From the NCBI GenBank assembly GCA_951406725.2, contig OX597833.1, positions 43,586,001-43,650,000 on the forward strand: a DNA stretch of 64,000 nucleotides, given 5' to 3'. Of this stretch, positions 27,030 through 41,245 are shown in pieces; the first letter of the stretch is position 1; each line of letters starts with the position of its first letter. The notes below the pieces were generated by a model that did no database searches, had not been told where the DNA came from, and saw only the letters and a list, made by a program, of their open reading frames with translations. The DNA is from Octopus vulgaris (taxonomy: Eukaryota). The position numbers and the translations under genes are program-made.

Positions 27030-27558
27030 ACTGCAGAGGGAATCTATGGTAGAGGTAGACCCAGGAAGACATGAGAGGAGGTTGTGAAGCATGATCTTTG
27101 AAGATTGGGCCTTACAGAGGCAATGATTAGTGACCGAGACCTTTGGCAATATGCTGTGCTTAAGAAGATCCATCAAGGCAAGTGAAATCACAGTTGTAGC
27201 CAAGGCTGAGGTCACATCACTGGCACCTGTGTCAGTGGCAAATAAGAAACATTGGGCCTCACAGAGGCAAAGTGGCCGATGCTGGTGTCATTCAACTGAG
27301 ACTCATGCTGGTGGCACATAAGAAGAACAATTTGAGCATTGAGCCTCACAGAGGCTCATGTGGCCAATGCCAGAGTTATGCAACTGGCACGTAAAAGCAC
27401 CCATTGCACTCTCAGAGTGGTTGGTGTTAGGAAGGTTATCCAACCATAGAAACCATGCCAAATCAGACTGGTTCCTGGTGCAGCCTCTCAGCTTACTAGC
27501 CCTGGTCGAACAGTCCAAACCATGCCAGCATGGACAACGGACACTGAACGATGATGAT
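27030..27558 (+). mobile_element. Degenerate RTE LINE 3' end (ORF tail plus UTR)
   Basis: GRGRPRKT...DLWQYAVLKK remnant followed by the family UTR and (GAT)n. Confidence 0.75.
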
Positions 27559-27692
27559 ATACATATATAGAGATTTGGTGTTAGTCTTTATTTTGTACGA
27601 CATGCTCTACTCAACACTTCAACACACTAACCAACATATGCCCATTAGTCCAAAATATTACACACACACACAAACATATATATATACACATA

Positions 27693-28086
27693 GGTGCAGG
27701 AGTGGCTGTGTGGTAAGTAGGTTGCTTACCAAACACAGTTCTGGATTCAGTCCCACTGCATAGCACCTTGGGCAAGAGCCTTCTGCTATAGCCCCGGGCC
27801 GACCAATGCCTTGTGAGTGGATTTGGAAGACGGAAACTGAAAGAAGCCTGTCGTATATATGTATATATATGTATGTGTGTGTGTGTTTGTGTGTCTGTGT
27901 TTGTCCCCCTAGCATTGCTTGACACCGATGCTGGTGTGTTTATGTCCCTGTAACTTAGCGGTTCAGCAAAAGAGACCGAAAGAATAAGTACTAGGCTTAC
28001 AAAGAATAAGTCCTAGGGTCAATTTGCTCGACTAAAGGCGGTGCTTCAGCATGGCGACAGTCAAATGACTGAAACAAGTAAAAAAA
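27693..28086 (+). mobile_element. SINE family A
   Basis: Plus-strand copy GGTGCAGGAGTGGCTGTGTGG...CAGTCAAATGACTGAAACAAG. Confidence 0.9.
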
Positions 28087-28159
28087 TGTATATATATATA
28101 TATATACACACATACACGTATATATATATATGCCTCATATATTACATATATACACATAC

Positions 28160-28882
28160 ATCATCATCATCATCATCATCATCATCATTTAGCGTCCGTT
28201 CTCCATGCTACATATATATATATATATAAATTATTGTTCGCTTAACCACAGCTGTAATTCCCACTGATTTTGATCGACCTCAATTTTGGTTCTGCTTTCT
28301 GATATATGATTTGATGTGGTTTGATTTTGATTTTGACTGTTCTCACTGGTCTTGCCGGGTCTTCTCACGCACAGCATACCTCCAAAGGTCTCGGTCACTG
28401 GTCATTTCCTTGGTGAGACCTAAAGTTCGAAGGTCGTGCTTAACCACCTCGACCCAGGTTTTCCTGGGTCTACCTCTTCCACAGGTCCCCTCAACTGCCA
28501 GGGTGTGGCACTTTTGCACACAACTATCTTCAGCCATTCTCATCACATGACCATACCAGCGCATACGTCTCTCTTGCACACAACTGATGCTTCTTAGGTT
28601 CAACTTTTCTCTCAAGGTACTTACACTCTGTCGATTATGAACACTGACGTTACACATCCATCGGAGCATACTAGCTTCATTTCTTGCGAGCTTACGCAAA
28701 TCCTCAGCAGTCACAGCCCAAGTTTCACTACCATGTAGCATGGCTGTACGTACACATGCATCATACAGTCTGTCTTTTACTTTGAGCGAGAGGCCTTTTG
28801 TCACCAGCAGGGGTAAGAGCTCTCTAAACTTTGCCCAGGCTATTCTTACTCTAGCAGTTATACTTTCAGCGCACCCGCCCCC
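28160..28882 (-). mobile_element. RTE-clade LINE, C-terminal ORF fragment and partial 3' UTR
   Basis: ARVRIAWAKFREL...LYDACVRTAMLHGSETW...RWYGHVMR...GRGRPRKTW, typical post-RT region of RTE elements; truncated by the gap. Confidence 0.9.
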
Positions 28883-28982
28883 NNNNNNNNNNNNNNNNNN
28901 NNNNNNNNNNNNNNNNNNNNNNNNNNNNNNNNNNNNNNNNNNNNNNNNNNNNNNNNNNNNNNNNNNNNNNNNNNNNNNNNNN
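28883..28982. other. Assembly gap (100 N)
   Basis: Run of n characters. Confidence 1.
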
Positions 28983-30955
28983 GAGAAGGAAAGAGCAGAC
29001 AAAGAAGCCTGGGCTATAGACAACATAAAAACTAACCCCAGAGCTTTCTACAGGTATGCCAAAGAAACGGCTACAGTGCACTGTAGGATAGGGCCACTCC
29101 TTGAAAAGGATGGCACACTCACAGGAAAACCAATGAGGGTAAGTGAAATACTGAATGAACAATTCAAGAGTGTTTTCACTCCACCCTTGGGCATTTCCAA
29201 ATCAGCAATCCAACTGACTTCTTTACCACTGCAGATATAGAATCAGAGGCGGCGACGATAAGTTACATCGAGATAAAGGAAGACGATGTAATAAAGGCTA
29301 TAGATGAAATGAAAATAGACTCAGCTACTGGCCCCGATGGATTCCCGGCAATCCTCCTAAAAGTATGTAAGAGAGTCTTAGCAAGACCACTGCAGTCCCT
29401 CTTTCAGAGCTTCCTTGCAGCTGGCAAACTTCCAAGGGGACTGAAGGAAGGTAAAATATGCCCTATTCATAAAGGAGGTAGCAGAGCGGAGGCAAAGAAC
29501 TACAGACCTATCTCTCTGACCTCACACATCAGCAAGGTCATGGAACGAATAGTCAGAAGGAAACTAATCACCTTCCTTGAAGAAAATGACTTGCTGCCTG
29601 ACACCCAACATGGTTTCCGACCAGGAAGAAGCTGCTTAACTCAGCTCCTGCAGCACTATGACTGGGTGCTGAAACAACTGCTCAACCACTCAAATGTGGA
29701 AGTCATATATCTCGACTTCGCAAAGGCCTTCGATAAAGTCGATCACGGAATGATATGTCACAGGTTGCGTGATCTTGGCATAGTTGGAAAACTAGGAGAA
29801 TGGCTTCACGACTTTCTGAAGAATAGAAGTCAGGTGGTAGTAGCCAATGGGGCCACTTCCATTAACACGCAAATAATGAGTGGTGTTCCACAGGGCACTG
29901 TTTTGGGACCACTACTGTTCATAATGGCCCTCTCAGACATGCCCTCAGCCACGCAGAGATCCACGATCACAAGTTATGCAGATGATACAAAAGTTTCACA
30001 GGCAATACAGAACCCTGAGGACACTAAAAACCTGCAATGTGAGCTGGACGAAATATACAAGTGGGCTGAAAAGAATAGCATGCAGTTCAATGCTGGAAAG
30101 TTTCAAGCTTTATACTATCAGCATGCAAAACTGAATGCAATACCCAAGGAATACACTGGACCCGGAGGGATTGCAATCCCAGAGGCACAATCAGTGCGTG
30201 ACCTGGGTATTCACATGAGTGATGACGCGACCTTTCATGTACATGTTGCTAAACTGACAGTGAAATGTAGACGGCTGGCTGGCTGGATTCTTAGAACCTT
30301 TAGAACAAGAGAACAAGAAACCATGATGGTCCTCTGGAAGACACTTGTCCTAAGCCACTTTGACTATTGCTCTCAGCTATGGTCACCATCCAGTGTCAAG
30401 TTGATCACAGAACTTGAGGCGATCCAACGAAGCTACACAAAGAAGATAGCCTCTATGCAGAATGTAAGCTACTGGAAAGACTCGAGATTAAAATTATACT
30501 CAGCAGGCAAAGATATGCCATAATATACATCTGGAAGATCCTGGAGGGAAGTGTCCTGAACTTTGGCATCGAGAGTTACGCAAATGCCAGAACTGGGCGC
30601 CACTGCGTGGTGCCTAGGACTCCAAACTGCCATCAAGATGTAGGACAAGATTCTGTGATAGCCTGGGCTTCCGAGGCCCACAGCTCTTCAATATCCTCCC
30701 GAAGAACCTGAGAGACCTGCATGGGGTGGATACAGATGTCTTTAAAATGAAGCTGGATCTCTTCCTGTCAGGTGTCCCAGATGAACCAACTTCACGGCAG
30801 GAGGGGCAGATGAGGGCAGCTGCATCGAACTCTCTCATGCACCAAATAGCAGTTGCTAGAAAGCCTCCATGAAGTGAAACCAAGTAGCAACACCAAATGG
30901 CGTTGCCCCAGCATGGCCACAGCTCATAAGCTGAAACTAGAATCAATCAATCAAT
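28983..30955 (+). mobile_element. CR1-group LINE, reverse transcriptase and 3' end (frameshifted)
   Basis: ORF 29309-30523: GPDG, NYRPISLTS, QHGFR, YLDFAKAFDKV, SGVPQGTVLGPLLF, YADD; C-terminus ends ~30872; 3' stem-loop and (ATCA)n tail. Confidence 0.95.
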
Positions 30956-30965
30956 ATATATATAT

Positions 30966-31008
<43 letters not shown>

Positions 31009-31017
31009 AAAATGTAT

Positions 31018-31048
<31 letters not shown>

Positions 31049-31163
31049 AATATATATATAAATATATATATACATATAAATATAAATATATATATATACA
31101 TACATATAAATATAAATATATATATATATATACATATAAATATAAATATATATATATACATAC

Positions 31164-31212
<49 letters not shown>

Positions 31213-31213
31213 C

Positions 31214-31292
<79 letters not shown>

Positions 31293-31392
31293 CATATATA
31301 TATATATAATACATACATATATATATATATAAATACATATATATATATAAAATACATATATATATATAAATACATATATATATATAAATACA

Positions 31393-31468
<76 letters not shown>

Positions 31469-31529
31469 AATACATATATATATATATATATAAATATAAA
31501 TACATATATATATATATATATATAAATAC

Positions 31530-31578
<49 letters not shown>

Positions 31579-31649
31579 AATACATATATATATATATAAA
31601 TATAAATACATATATATATATATAAATATAAATACATATATATATATAT

Positions 31650-31768
31650 ATCAACAATCAAGGAACGTACATAATAGGCCATTCACCCAATTAGAAATAA
31701 CAGCCAAAGCTTTGACTGTTATTTCTAGTGGGTGAATGGCCTATTATGGCCGTTCCTTGATTGTTGAT
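31650..31768. repeat. ~120-bp near-perfect palindrome inside (TA)n (second copy 33425-33535)
   Basis: Centre CCAAAGCTTTG; arms ATCAACAATCAAGGAACG.../...CGTTCCTTGATTGTTGAT; unique extension to ~31870. Confidence 0.9.
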
Positions 31769-31873
31769 GTTGAACTTAAAAATGGTCTATGACTATTTAA
31801 TTTTTTCCCACTAGTCGCTGGTGGCAAAAAAAATTCTACAAAATTTTTTTCGCCACCCTATATTGATTAATAT

Positions 31874-31927
<54 letters not shown>

Positions 31928-31942
31928 AATATATATATATAA

Positions 31943-32221
<279 letters not shown>

Positions 32222-32227
32222 AATGTA

Positions 32228-32662
32228 TGGAAGATCCTGGAGGGAAGTGTCCTGAACTTTGGCATCGAGAGTTACGCAAATGCCAGAACTGGGCGCCACT
32301 GCGTGGTGCCTAGGACTCCAAAACTGCCATCAAGATGTAGGACAAGATTCTGTGATAGCCTGGGCTTCCGAGGCCCACAGCTCTTCAATATCCTCCCGAA
32401 GAACCTGAGAGACCTGCATGGGGTGGATACAGATGTCTTTAAAATGAAGCTGGATCTCTTCCTGTCAGGTGTCCCAGATGAACCAACTTCACGGCAGGAG
32501 GGGCAGATGAGGGCAGCTGCATCGAACTCTCTCATGCACCAAATAGCAGTTGCTAGAAAGCCTCCATGAAGTGAAACCAAGTAGCAACACCAAATGGCGT
32601 TGCCCCAGCATGGCCACAGCTCATAAGCTGAAACTAGAATCAATCAATCAATCAATCAATCA

Positions 32663-32664
<2 letters not shown>
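32228..32664 (+). mobile_element. Duplicate of the CR1 3' end
   Basis: Essentially identical to 30532-30955. Confidence 0.95.
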
Positions 32665-32698
<34 letters not shown>

Positions 32699-32716
32699 GT
32701 ATATATATAAATGTAT

Positions 32717-32747
<31 letters not shown>

Positions 32748-32802
32748 AATATATATATAAATATATATATACATATAAATATAAATATATATATATACAT
32801 AC

Positions 32803-32839
<37 letters not shown>

Positions 32840-32971
32840 TAATATAAATATATATATATACATATAAATATAAATATATATATATACATATATATATATA
32901 TACATATATACAAATATATATATATATATACATATATATATAAATACATATATATATATATACATATATAC

Positions 32972-33002
<31 letters not shown>

Positions 33003-33202
33003 CATATATATAAATACATATATATATATACATATATATATAAATATATATATATATAATACATATATATATAAATACATATATATATATAAATACATAT
33101 ATATATATATAAATACATATATATATAAATACATATATATATATAAATACATATATATATATAAATACATATATATATATAAATACATATATATATATAT
33201 AA

Positions 33203-33327
<125 letters not shown>

Positions 33328-33637
33328 CATATATATATATATATAAATATAAATACATATATATATATATATAAATATAAATACATATATATATATATAA
33401 ATATAAATACATATATATATATATATCATCAATCAAGGAACGGCCATTATTCACCCACTAGAAATAACAGCCAAAGCTTTGGCTGTTATTTCTAGTGGGT
33501 GAATGGCCTATTATGGCCGTTCCTTGATTGTTGATGTTGAACTTAAAAATGGTCTATGACTATTTAATTTTTTCCCCACTAGGTCGCTGGTGGCAAAAAA
33601 ATTCTACAAAATTTTTTTTTTCGCCACCCTATATTGA

Positions 33638-33689
<52 letters not shown>

Positions 33690-33728
33690 TATAAATACAT
33701 ATATATATATATAAATACATATATATAA

Positions 33729-33763
<35 letters not shown>

Positions 33764-34506
33764 CATATATATAAATACATATATATATATATATATATAT
33801 AAATACACATATATATATATAAATACATATATATATATATATATATACAAATACATATATATATATATACAAATACATATATATATATATACAAATACAT
33901 ATATATATAAATACATGTATATATATATACATATATATATATAAATACATGTATATATATATACATATATATATATAAATACATGTATATATATATACAT
34001 ATATATATATAAATACATATATATATATAAATACATATGTATATATAAATACATATATATATATAAATACATATATATATATATAATACATATATGTATA
34101 TATAAATACATATATATATATAAATACATATATATATATAATATATATATATATAAATACATATATATATATAAATACATATATATATATATACATATAT
34201 ATATATACATATATATATATACATACATATATATATACATACATATATACACATATATATATATACATATATATATACATATATATACATATTTTATATA
34301 TATATTTTATATATATATATACATATTTTATATATATATATACATATTTTATACATACATATATATATACATATATACATATATATATACATATATATAT
34401 ATATACATATATATATACATATATATATACATATATAATACATATATACATATATACATATTTTATACATATATACATATATACATATTTTATACATATA
34501 TATACA

Positions 34507-34538
<32 letters not shown>

Positions 34539-34558
34539 CATATATACATATTTTATAC

Positions 34559-34589
<31 letters not shown>

Positions 34590-34650
34590 CATATTTTATA
34601 CATATATATACATATATATATATATATACATATTTTATACATATTTATAC

Positions 34651-34683
<33 letters not shown>

Positions 34684-34705
34684 CATATTTTATACATATA
34701 TATAC

Positions 34706-34738
<33 letters not shown>

Positions 34739-34768
34739 CACATATACATATATTATACATATATATAC

Positions 34769-34799
<31 letters not shown>

Positions 34800-34874
34800 C
34801 ATATACATATTTTATACATATATATACATATATATATATATATATACATATACATATTTTATACATATATATAC

Positions 34875-34907
<33 letters not shown>

Positions 34908-34955
34908 TATACATATTTTATACATATATATACATATATATATATATACATATTT

Positions 34956-35000
<45 letters not shown>

Positions 35001-35022
35001 ACACACACACACACACACACAG

Positions 35023-35060
<38 letters not shown>

Positions 35061-35599
35061 TATATATACATATACATATATATATATATATATACATATA
35101 TATATACATATATACATATTTTATACATATATATACATAGATACATACATAGATACATATATATATACATACATACATATACACATATATATACATACAC
35201 ATATATATATAAACATATATATACATACATATACATATATACATACATATACATATATACATACATATATGTATACATACATATATGTATATAAACATAT
35301 GTATATATACATATATGTATATATATATGTATATATGTATGTATATATGTATATGTATGTATAAGTATGTATATATGTGGTGGGGGAGGTTGAATATAAA
35401 ATGGGATATCATTTCGTGAGATGAATAACATACACACTGAACTATCTTAAGGTTATCTTATGGGAACAATTTAAAGTATGAGCCAAGTGCAGCTGAAGTG
35501 TTCAAAATAGGAAAGTTATCTTGTTGGTGTGGAGGACATGCAAGATCACAATGTTATCTTGAAGGAAAAATTTAAAACAGGCTGCATAAGACAAAGTTT

Positions 35600-36270
35600 A
35601 AAGCAGGAAAGTTATCTTATGAGAAGAACAAATGACTAAAAAATAGCAAGAGCAGAAGGTTATCTTGAGAGAATAATTTAAAATAAGGTGGTGTGGGGTT
35701 GGCAAAACAAGAATAAAATTATCAACCATCATACAAACAATAACTCTGAGCACTTTCAATTCTGGTTGAATTCGCCCTTGGCCTACCACTAGGTCTCCTA
35801 CCAGTTGGCTCAGCTTAAAGACTTAAAGAACAGAATATGTTTTTGTTTCTTACCTGTAACATTTAATCACAGGTGACATTTACTTGCATATATACATACA
35901 TACTCCTAAGCTGATTTGAAATTAACCATTTGTTGAAAGCAGGAAAGTTATCTTATGAGAAGAACAAATGACTAAAAAATAGCAAGAGCAGAAGGTTATC
36001 TTGAGAGAATAATTTAAAATAAGGTGGTGTGGGGTTGGCAAAACAAGAATAAAATTATCAACCATCATACAAACAATAACTCTGAGCACTTTCAATTCTG
36101 GTTGAATCGCCTTGGCCTACCACTAGGTCTCCTACCAGTTGGCTCAGCTTAAAGACTTAAAGAACAGAATATGTTTTTGTTTCTTACCTGTAACATTTAA
36201 TCACAGGTGACATTTACTTGCATATATACATACATACTCCTAAGCTGATTTGAAATTAACCATTTGTTGA
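35600..36270. repeat. Direct tandem duplication, ~336-bp unit
   Basis: 35600-35935 is repeated at 35936-36270 with only two 1-nt homopolymer differences seen. Confidence 0.95.
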
Positions 36271-36300
36271 AAAATAATGTTTTAATTTCCAATGATTACA

Positions 36301-36688
36301 ACTCTTTACACTTTTACTTGTTTCAGTCATTTGACTGCGGCCATGCTGGAGCACCACCTTTAGTCAAGCAAATCAACCCCAGGACTTATTCTTTGTAAGC
36401 CTAAGTACTTATTCTATTGATCTGTTTTGCTGAACCACTAAGTTACGGGGGACGTAAACACACCAGCATCAGTTGTCAAGCAATGTTGCGGGGGGACAAA
36501 CACAGACACACACACATATATATATACATATACAATATATACAACGGGCTTCTTTCAGTTTCCATTTATCAAATCCACTAACAAGGCTTTGGGCCACCTG
36601 AGGCTATAGTAGAAGACACTTGCCCAAGGTGCCACACAGTGGGACTGAACCCGGAACCAAGCTAATTACCACACAGCCACTCCTGTGC
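36301..36688 (-). mobile_element. SINE family A
   Basis: Family match. Confidence 0.9.
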
Positions 36689-36898
36689 AACAAAATTTTA
36701 ATATTGCAGGGCTTTAGTCAGTAAGTGTTATTTCCTATCATAGGAAATCATAGGAAATGACTATTATTCCCTTCAGACTTTACTTTTGTGGCATGGACAT
36801 CAATGTCTTGAAACTAACCTACATTCCATTATATTTTTGATAGATTCAAAACTGAGCTGATAAAGCAGAAATTTCATTTCGTAAATATTCTGTTCATA

Positions 36899-37493
36899 GG
36901 CGCAGGAGTGGCTGTGTGGTAAGTAGCTTGCTTACCAACCACATGGTTCCGGGTTCAGTCCCACTGCGTGACATCTTGGGCAAGTGTCTTCTGCTATAGC
37001 CCCGGGCCGACCAATGCCTTGTGAGTGGATTTGGTAGATGGAAACTGAAAGAAGCCCGTTTTATATATGTATATGTATATATATATATTGCTTCCTAGCT
37101 ATATGGTTTCGGGTTCAGTCCCACTGCGTGGCACTTTGGGTAGGTGTCTTCCACTATAGCCTCGAGCCGACCGGCGCTTTGTGATTGAATTCGGTAGGTG
37201 GAAGTTACTGCCGTGTGTGTATATGTGCGTGTAGGTGCTTGTGCCTCTCCGAAAGAGAGAGAGGGTATGTGTGTGTATATGTTTGTGTGTCTGTGTTTGT
37301 CCCCCTAGCATTGCTTGACAACCGATGCTGGTGTGTTTATGTCCCCGGCACTTAGCGGTTCGGCAAAAGAGACCGCTAGAATAAGTACTGGGCTTACAAA
37401 GAATAAGTCCCGGGGTCGATTTGCTCGACTAAAGGCGGTACTCCAGCATGGCCACAGTCAAATGACAAACAAGTAAAAGAGAGTAAAAGAGAG
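36899..37493 (+). mobile_element. SINE family A, composite copy with a second partial head
   Basis: Head 36899-37060, extra head fragment ~37102-37210, tail 37270-37493. Confidence 0.85.
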
Positions 37494-37838
37494 AATACCA
37501 CAAATTTGCTTGTTAGTTGCTTGACTTTAACCCCTGAAGCATGTCACTTTGTGACTGATAAAATGTGCATCTGATCATGAGCAGAATTAGTGGAAAAGCA
37601 TCAAAGTCATGTGTTTGAGAGGGATTCTTTGAGGCTTTAATAAATGTAACAGAAGCAAAGTATGAAGGAAATGTCAGTCGTTTTTTCCTACTTTCTAGGA
37701 GTAAGCAAATGAGAAATAACAGTTACTACCCAAGGAGAAAAATTGTGTTACACAATTTTATAGAACACTCCCATAGGCAGTGCTGTCTTAAGGCATGGTC
37801 TAAGAACCCAGTTCTGATCTATGCCTGTTGTAGCTTGC

Positions 37839-38092
37839 CATCATCATCATCGTTTAACGTCCGTCTTCCATGCTAGCATGGGTTGGACGGTTCAACTGGG
37901 GTCTGGGAAGCCAGTAGGCTACACCAGGCCCAGTCTGATCTGGCAGTGTTTCTACAGCTGGATGCCCTTCCTAACGCCAACCACTCTGTGAGTGTAGTGG
38001 GTGCTTTTTACGTGCCACCTGCACAGGTGCCAGACGAGGCTGGCAACGGCCACAATCGGATGGTGCTTTTTACGTGCCACCGGCACAGGGCC
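37839..38092 (-). mobile_element. RTE LINE 3' UTR fragment
   Basis: Family match to 24234-24470 and 50611-50928. Confidence 0.75.
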
Positions 38093-38444
38093 CAGTGCAT
38101 TGATTTACCTGGGGACTTATAATGGTGTAACGACAGCCCCTCCCATAGGATAACTACCAGTCACAAATTTCCCAAAGTCTTGCTCAGAAAAGTTTCATGC
38201 TCCATTCCATCTGTTGTTGTTTAGCCAAACCTCAACACTGATTTCCCAGGGTAATGATCAAAAGTATTCCTGTGGCAATTTTACTGGTTTAACTGCCGAG
38301 ATAGATAGGAGCAAAATGTCAACAAGTTCTAGGGTACAGAGACTAAGGTAATATCAGTAAGAAAAAAATGAAAGGACAAGGTTTGAGAGCAAGGAATAGC
38401 ATAAATTTGACAGTGTTCTTAAATGAAAACAAAGAAATACTCAC

Positions 38445-38481
38445 CGAGTTGGTGGTGGACCAGTTGACTTGGGTTTAGTAT
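38445..38481 (-). CDS. IgSF membrane protein, cytoplasmic micro-exon (D)TKPKSTGPPPT(R)
   Basis: Acceptor TTTTCTATTAATTTTGTAG, donor GTGAGT; 37 nt, phase 1 to 2, in frame with both neighbours. Confidence 0.75.
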
Positions 38482-40363
38482 CTACAAAATTAATAGAAAA
38501 TATAAATGGAAAATAAGATTACTAAGATTAATAATAATATACATAATAACTAAATGTCAAGGTGTTAAGTTACTGACTATGTATGTGATTATAAGTTCAA
38601 ATCTTACTACATCCATTGTATTGTGCCTCTGAACAAAGCAGGCAAATTCTGATGCATGTTTTGCTCAAGACTGAAGAAAAAGGTTAAAAGAGAGAAAAAA
38701 AAACAAGGAAATAAGTTAACTCTGAAGTTCTGGGTACTAGAACAACTTAACTGTTTTTTCCAGCAAAAAGAATTTGTAATTGTTTGCCTAATTTAAGAAT
38801 ACTATCATTTGAGAAAGGCAGAACATCATTTCAATCCATTTGCCACCGCTCACCATTTTTATCTCTGACAAAATGCAAGGCTTTTGACTAAAGTAGTGGC
38901 TGACAGAAACAATACTATTCCAGACAAAATGCTATGCAACATTTAGTTACAACTACCTGTATCCCATGTTCAATCTTACTATGGCTGACTTTACCTTTCT
39001 TTTTGTCCATGGGTCAGCTAAAATAAGTTCTAGTCAATCAAGTACTGGTGTTAGTTTAATCACTGGTCTCCTCCCCAAAAATGTAGCCTTCTTCAAATTT
39101 AGGACATTATTATTAAGATTAAGGAAAGCACAATGGCTAGCAAAATCAGTGGAGTATCAGAGACAGTGCCTTCATATGAATGTAACTTTCTTCTTTTGCA
39201 ACAGTTCCGGTCAAATACTAGAATCAGTTTAATTGTTAGTTCTCTCCTGCCAATGTAAGATACTAGTTTCAAATGTTGGCACAAGGCCAGCAAGTTCAAT
39301 TGTATCAACCCCAGTGTTCAACTGGTACTTATTTCATCAACCCTGAAAGGATGAAAGGTAAAGTAGACCTTGGTGGAAATTGAACAGCCAAGGAATAATA
39401 TAGTGGATGATAGAAATGGTAAGAGTATTCAGCTATGTCCGATTAGGGTCGTCATAGATCAAATCTCACTAAGGAGTCAACTTCCAGGTTGATAAGTAAT
39501 ATTGTGAGTACAGTGAATCAGATATTGAATTAAATACCTCGTATTTAGGTACAGCATTTAATTGATTGATTTCAAATCCCACTGTCTTTCATCCCTCCTG
39601 AGTTGACAAAATCATTTCAGTTAATTATACTTCATATATCTGTGGCCCCATCAAAACAAGCTGTTTACTACATACAACACCTCCACCTGCTTCTGGTACT
39701 TTAAGTCAGTCAGTTTTATTCACAGGAGTATATGAGCTTCTTTCTTTATCCATCAGTAAGAATTAGGTGAGTTACCACAACTAGCATTTAAGGCAGATTC
39801 TCCCTTCACATCCAACGCATAACAAAGATCTAATGCTTCAAATCCCCTAAGTCATCGACTTTCAGTTACACTGAAGCTGTTCACACACAGACAAACTAGC
39901 TTCATACCACAATGCCTCCAAGAGCTTCAGCAATCACGAACATTGCCAGAGGTTCAATCCTAATGCCTTTACATTATTTCAATAGCATAAAGCAGTTATG
40001 AAGAGAAAGGAAGGGAAAATGAATGAGGAGTAGTTAAATGAAAATAGTCACAAAAGATAACAAATTCATTAAAACTACAAAGAAAAAATAAGGATGAAAA
40101 AACACAAGATAAATAATAAACCACTTAAAATAAGAAATTATTAAAAAAAACAGTTAAATATTCTAAACGTTATATTAACAAGATAATAAAATATATGGGA
40201 CCAGTTACCAAAAAAAAAATAACATGAACTAATTAAGAGTATTTATTAAAAATGGGTTAAGAAAAAGCTACATAAAGATAAAGTTAAGGAATTTATAAGA
40301 AAAATTTCTTAAGTGTGTGTAAGAAGAAAATGAAAATAAATTTGTATGTGGTATATTACTCAC

Positions 40364-40477
40364 CTGGTTTGTCTGCTTTCTTGCGAATAACAAAGAACCA
40401 AATTAAAAGAACAACAAGTACGATAAGGGCTATAACACCAAGAACAATACCAGCAATTGTACCACCATCCAATCCAC
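40364..40477 (-). CDS. IgSF membrane protein, transmembrane exon GGLDGGTIAGIVLGVIALIVLVVLLIWFFVIRKKADKP
   Basis: Acceptor TTTTTTCTTGGTAACAG, donor GTGAGT; 114 nt, phase 1-1; hydrophobic span followed by RKK stop-transfer. Confidence 0.9.
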
Positions 40478-40504
40478 CTGTTACCAAGAAAAAAAAAAGC
40501 AATA

Positions 40505-41215
40505 ATAATAATAATGACTTCTGATTTTGGCACAAGGTCAGCAATTTTGAGGGGAAGTGGTTGGTCAATACTATCAATTCCAGGTGACTGGTATTTTATT
40601 TCATCAAACCGAATAGATGAAAGACAAAGTTGACCATGGTGGAATTTGAACTCAGAATTGGAAAGAAATATGCCAAGACATTTTCTGACATTTAACAATT
40701 CTGACAGCTCACTAATAATAATAATAATAATCCTTTCTACAACAAGCACAATATCTGAGATTTTGTGAGAGAGGTGTAATCAATTACGTTGATTCCAGTG
40801 CTCAACAGGTACTTCATCAATCCCAGAAGGATAAAAAGGTAAAGCTGACCCAGGCAGAATTTGAACTCAAAATATAAAGCAGGAATAAATGCTGCTAAGC
40901 ATTTTGTCCAATGTATTAATGATTTTGCTAGCTCACTGCCTTGATGATGATGATGATAATAATAATAATAATACAGTTCTGTTAAATAATGTAAATGATA
41001 TAATAATTTTAATAATAATCCTTTCTACTATAGGTAGAAGGCCTGGAATTTTTTTTTGGGTGGTGGCGATAGTTGATTACATCAACCCCAGTATGCAACT
41101 GGTACTTAATTTATCAACCCTGAAAGGATGAAAAGCAAAGTTGACCTCGGAGGAATTTGAACTCAGAACATAAAAATGGACAAAATACCGCTGAGTTAAT
41201 TTTGCCCAGCGTAGT
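40505..41215 (-). mobile_element. Cluster of degenerate SINE family B-related copies separated by (AAT)n
   Basis: Three successive partial matches to the central domain and head; similar clusters at 16210-16580, 18530-19485, 42880-43320 and 56220-56440. Confidence 0.7.
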
Positions 41216-41245
41216 AATGGTTCTTCCAAGCCCAGCTTCACCCAG

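Noticed and set aside
28343-29240. ORFs spanning the N run, suggesting an RTE-CR1 fusion
   Set aside because: The two LINEs lie on opposite strands and are joined only by an assembly gap
29309-30523. Reverse transcriptase as a retron, DGR or other novel RT system
   Set aside because: Motifs, C-terminus and 3' tail are those of an ordinary CR1-group non-LTR retrotransposon
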